A stretch of 64,000 nucleotides of DNA from assembly GCF_035084215.1 (NCBI RefSeq), contig NC_090353.1, forward strand, positions 36,890,001 to 36,954,000. The letters run 5' to 3'. Both the position numbers and the translations under genes were made by a program. Of this stretch, positions 62,676 through 64,000 are shown one piece after another. The number at the start of each line of letters is the position of its first letter. The stretch's first letter is position 1. Below the pieces are notes generated by a model. The model did no database searches. It worked only from the letters and a program-made list of their open reading frames with translations, and was not told the origin of the DNA. This stretch comes from Heptranchias perlo (taxonomy: Eukaryota).

Positions 62676-64000
62676 CTTGCACTGGGAGTGACATCCTAGA
62701 TTATGGGTTTAAGTCTCTGGAGTGGGGCTCGAACGCACGACTTTCTGACTTAGAGGTGAGAGTGCTACCCACCGAGCCAAACTGACACATAAAGTGAGAG
62801 TAATCTCCCCCCTTCCCCAATCCTGCTCCCAAACATCGAGTCTCCAGGAACTGGGAGCATGACGTGTGTCCTGAGCAGCAGGTATGGGCAGGATTGGGCT
62901 TGGCTGTGATGCCCCCCATGGTTAACCTGCCAACACTCAGTGTCTGGGCTGACACACGAAGAATGGCCATTTGGGCGAGATATCAAGGGCATCTGGCGCC
63001 TGTGGAACCCGTACCTCAGTAAGAGTCAGTGCCCTCGGGAGCAGCATGCTTTAGACAGAGCTAAGCGATCCCTTAACCAACGGACCTGACCAAAACTCTG
63101 CAGTCCTGACACATGCAGTCACGAATGGCAGTGGACAATTAAGCAACTACCGAGAGGAGGAGGGGAATAAAATGGGGTTCACAGAATGAGTACAGATAGG
63201 TTAATTATAATCATTCTTGGGATGTGCTCTCTGACACAGGAACGATGGGCCGAATGGCCTGCACTGTATCATTCTATGATGTGGGCGTCGCTGGCAAGGC
63301 CGGCATTTATTGCCCATCTCCAGTTGCCTTGAGAATTCTGTGGCGGGCCTTTATCTTGAACCGCTGCAGTCCTCGCTGTGAAGGTGCCTCCACAATGCTG
63401 TCCGGTCGGGAGTTCCAGTGCACTCGGCTGTTTTCTTGATGTCACGTGGAGTGAATCGAATTGGCTGAAGACTGGTATCTGTGATGGTGGGGATATCGGG
63501 GGGAGGCCGAGAGGGATCATCCACTCGGCACTTCCGGCTGAAGGTGGTTGCAAACGTTTCGCCCTTGTCTTTTGCACTCTCGTGCTGGGCTCCACCATCG
63601 CTGAGGACGGGGATGTTGACGGGGCCTCCTCCTCCCGGTAGTTGCCTAATTGTCCACCACCATTCGCATCTGGATGTGGCAGAACTGCAGAGCTTCACCA
63701 AAGTATTCTGGACAAACTATAGTTTTGGAAGGTGGAGTAAAGAGAATTCTATGCAATTAAGATTGTAAGTAGGAACATCAGTGCTGAAATCAGAAGTTGA
63801 AAAAAAAACTAAAGCTTGGTACAGTGCCAACACAATGAAACTGTCAGCTTGGCTCTGTTGGTAGCACTCTCAGAAAGTTGTAGGTTCAAGCCTCACTCCA
63901 GGGCACGAGTGCTTAATCTAGGCTGACGCTCCAGTGGAGTACTGTGGGAAGCAATGTCCTTTAGGTGAGATGTTAAACTGAGGCCCATCTGTCTCTTGCT

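Noticed and set aside
59656-62699. Long repetitive ORFs (HCRRVSTEG / LSTDPPTV repeats)
   Set aside because: Translations of the 33-bp SINE-derived satellite; not zinc-finger or mucin genes.

Overview
Eukaryotic (vertebrate) genomic DNA. The repeat content (CR1/L2 LINE fragments, Deu-domain tRNA-derived SINEs, a Penelope fragment, many minisatellites) suggests a cartilaginous fish (shark-like). By hand splice-mapping, the window holds four genes. (1) Coding exons 1-2 of a TM6SF-family gene, probably TM6SF2 (minus, 505-4664). (2) A complete 14-exon SUGP1 (minus, CDS 8535-36218, 654 aa; two SURP domains, ULM, G-patch). (3) Its paralog SUGP2 (plus, CDS about 36563-54792, about 1067 aa if the candidate exon 1 is right), head-to-head with SUGP1 across a ~345-bp ZNF143/ETS bidirectional promoter. 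(4) The promoter and probable first exon of an unidentified gene at ~59.2-59.5 kb. Most notable: a 117-nt element, 104 nt of it intronic, is 100% identical in front of both diverged SUGP1 SURP exons. It packs a branch point, a pyrimidine tract, four frameshifting decoy AGs and a U1-like site ahead of a weak productive 3' splice site, so it is a candidate tandem splicing-fidelity/NMD sensor. SUGP2 also shows a candidate 6-nt stop-creating microexon, an array of 8 PTB-interaction-like GLLGxxP motifs, a DIRS-Gag-like domain in its giant exon, and an intronic hairpin biased to G-U-compatible changes. All homology statements come from recalled family knowledge, not database searches. Most long ORFs in the supplied track are minisatellite artefacts.
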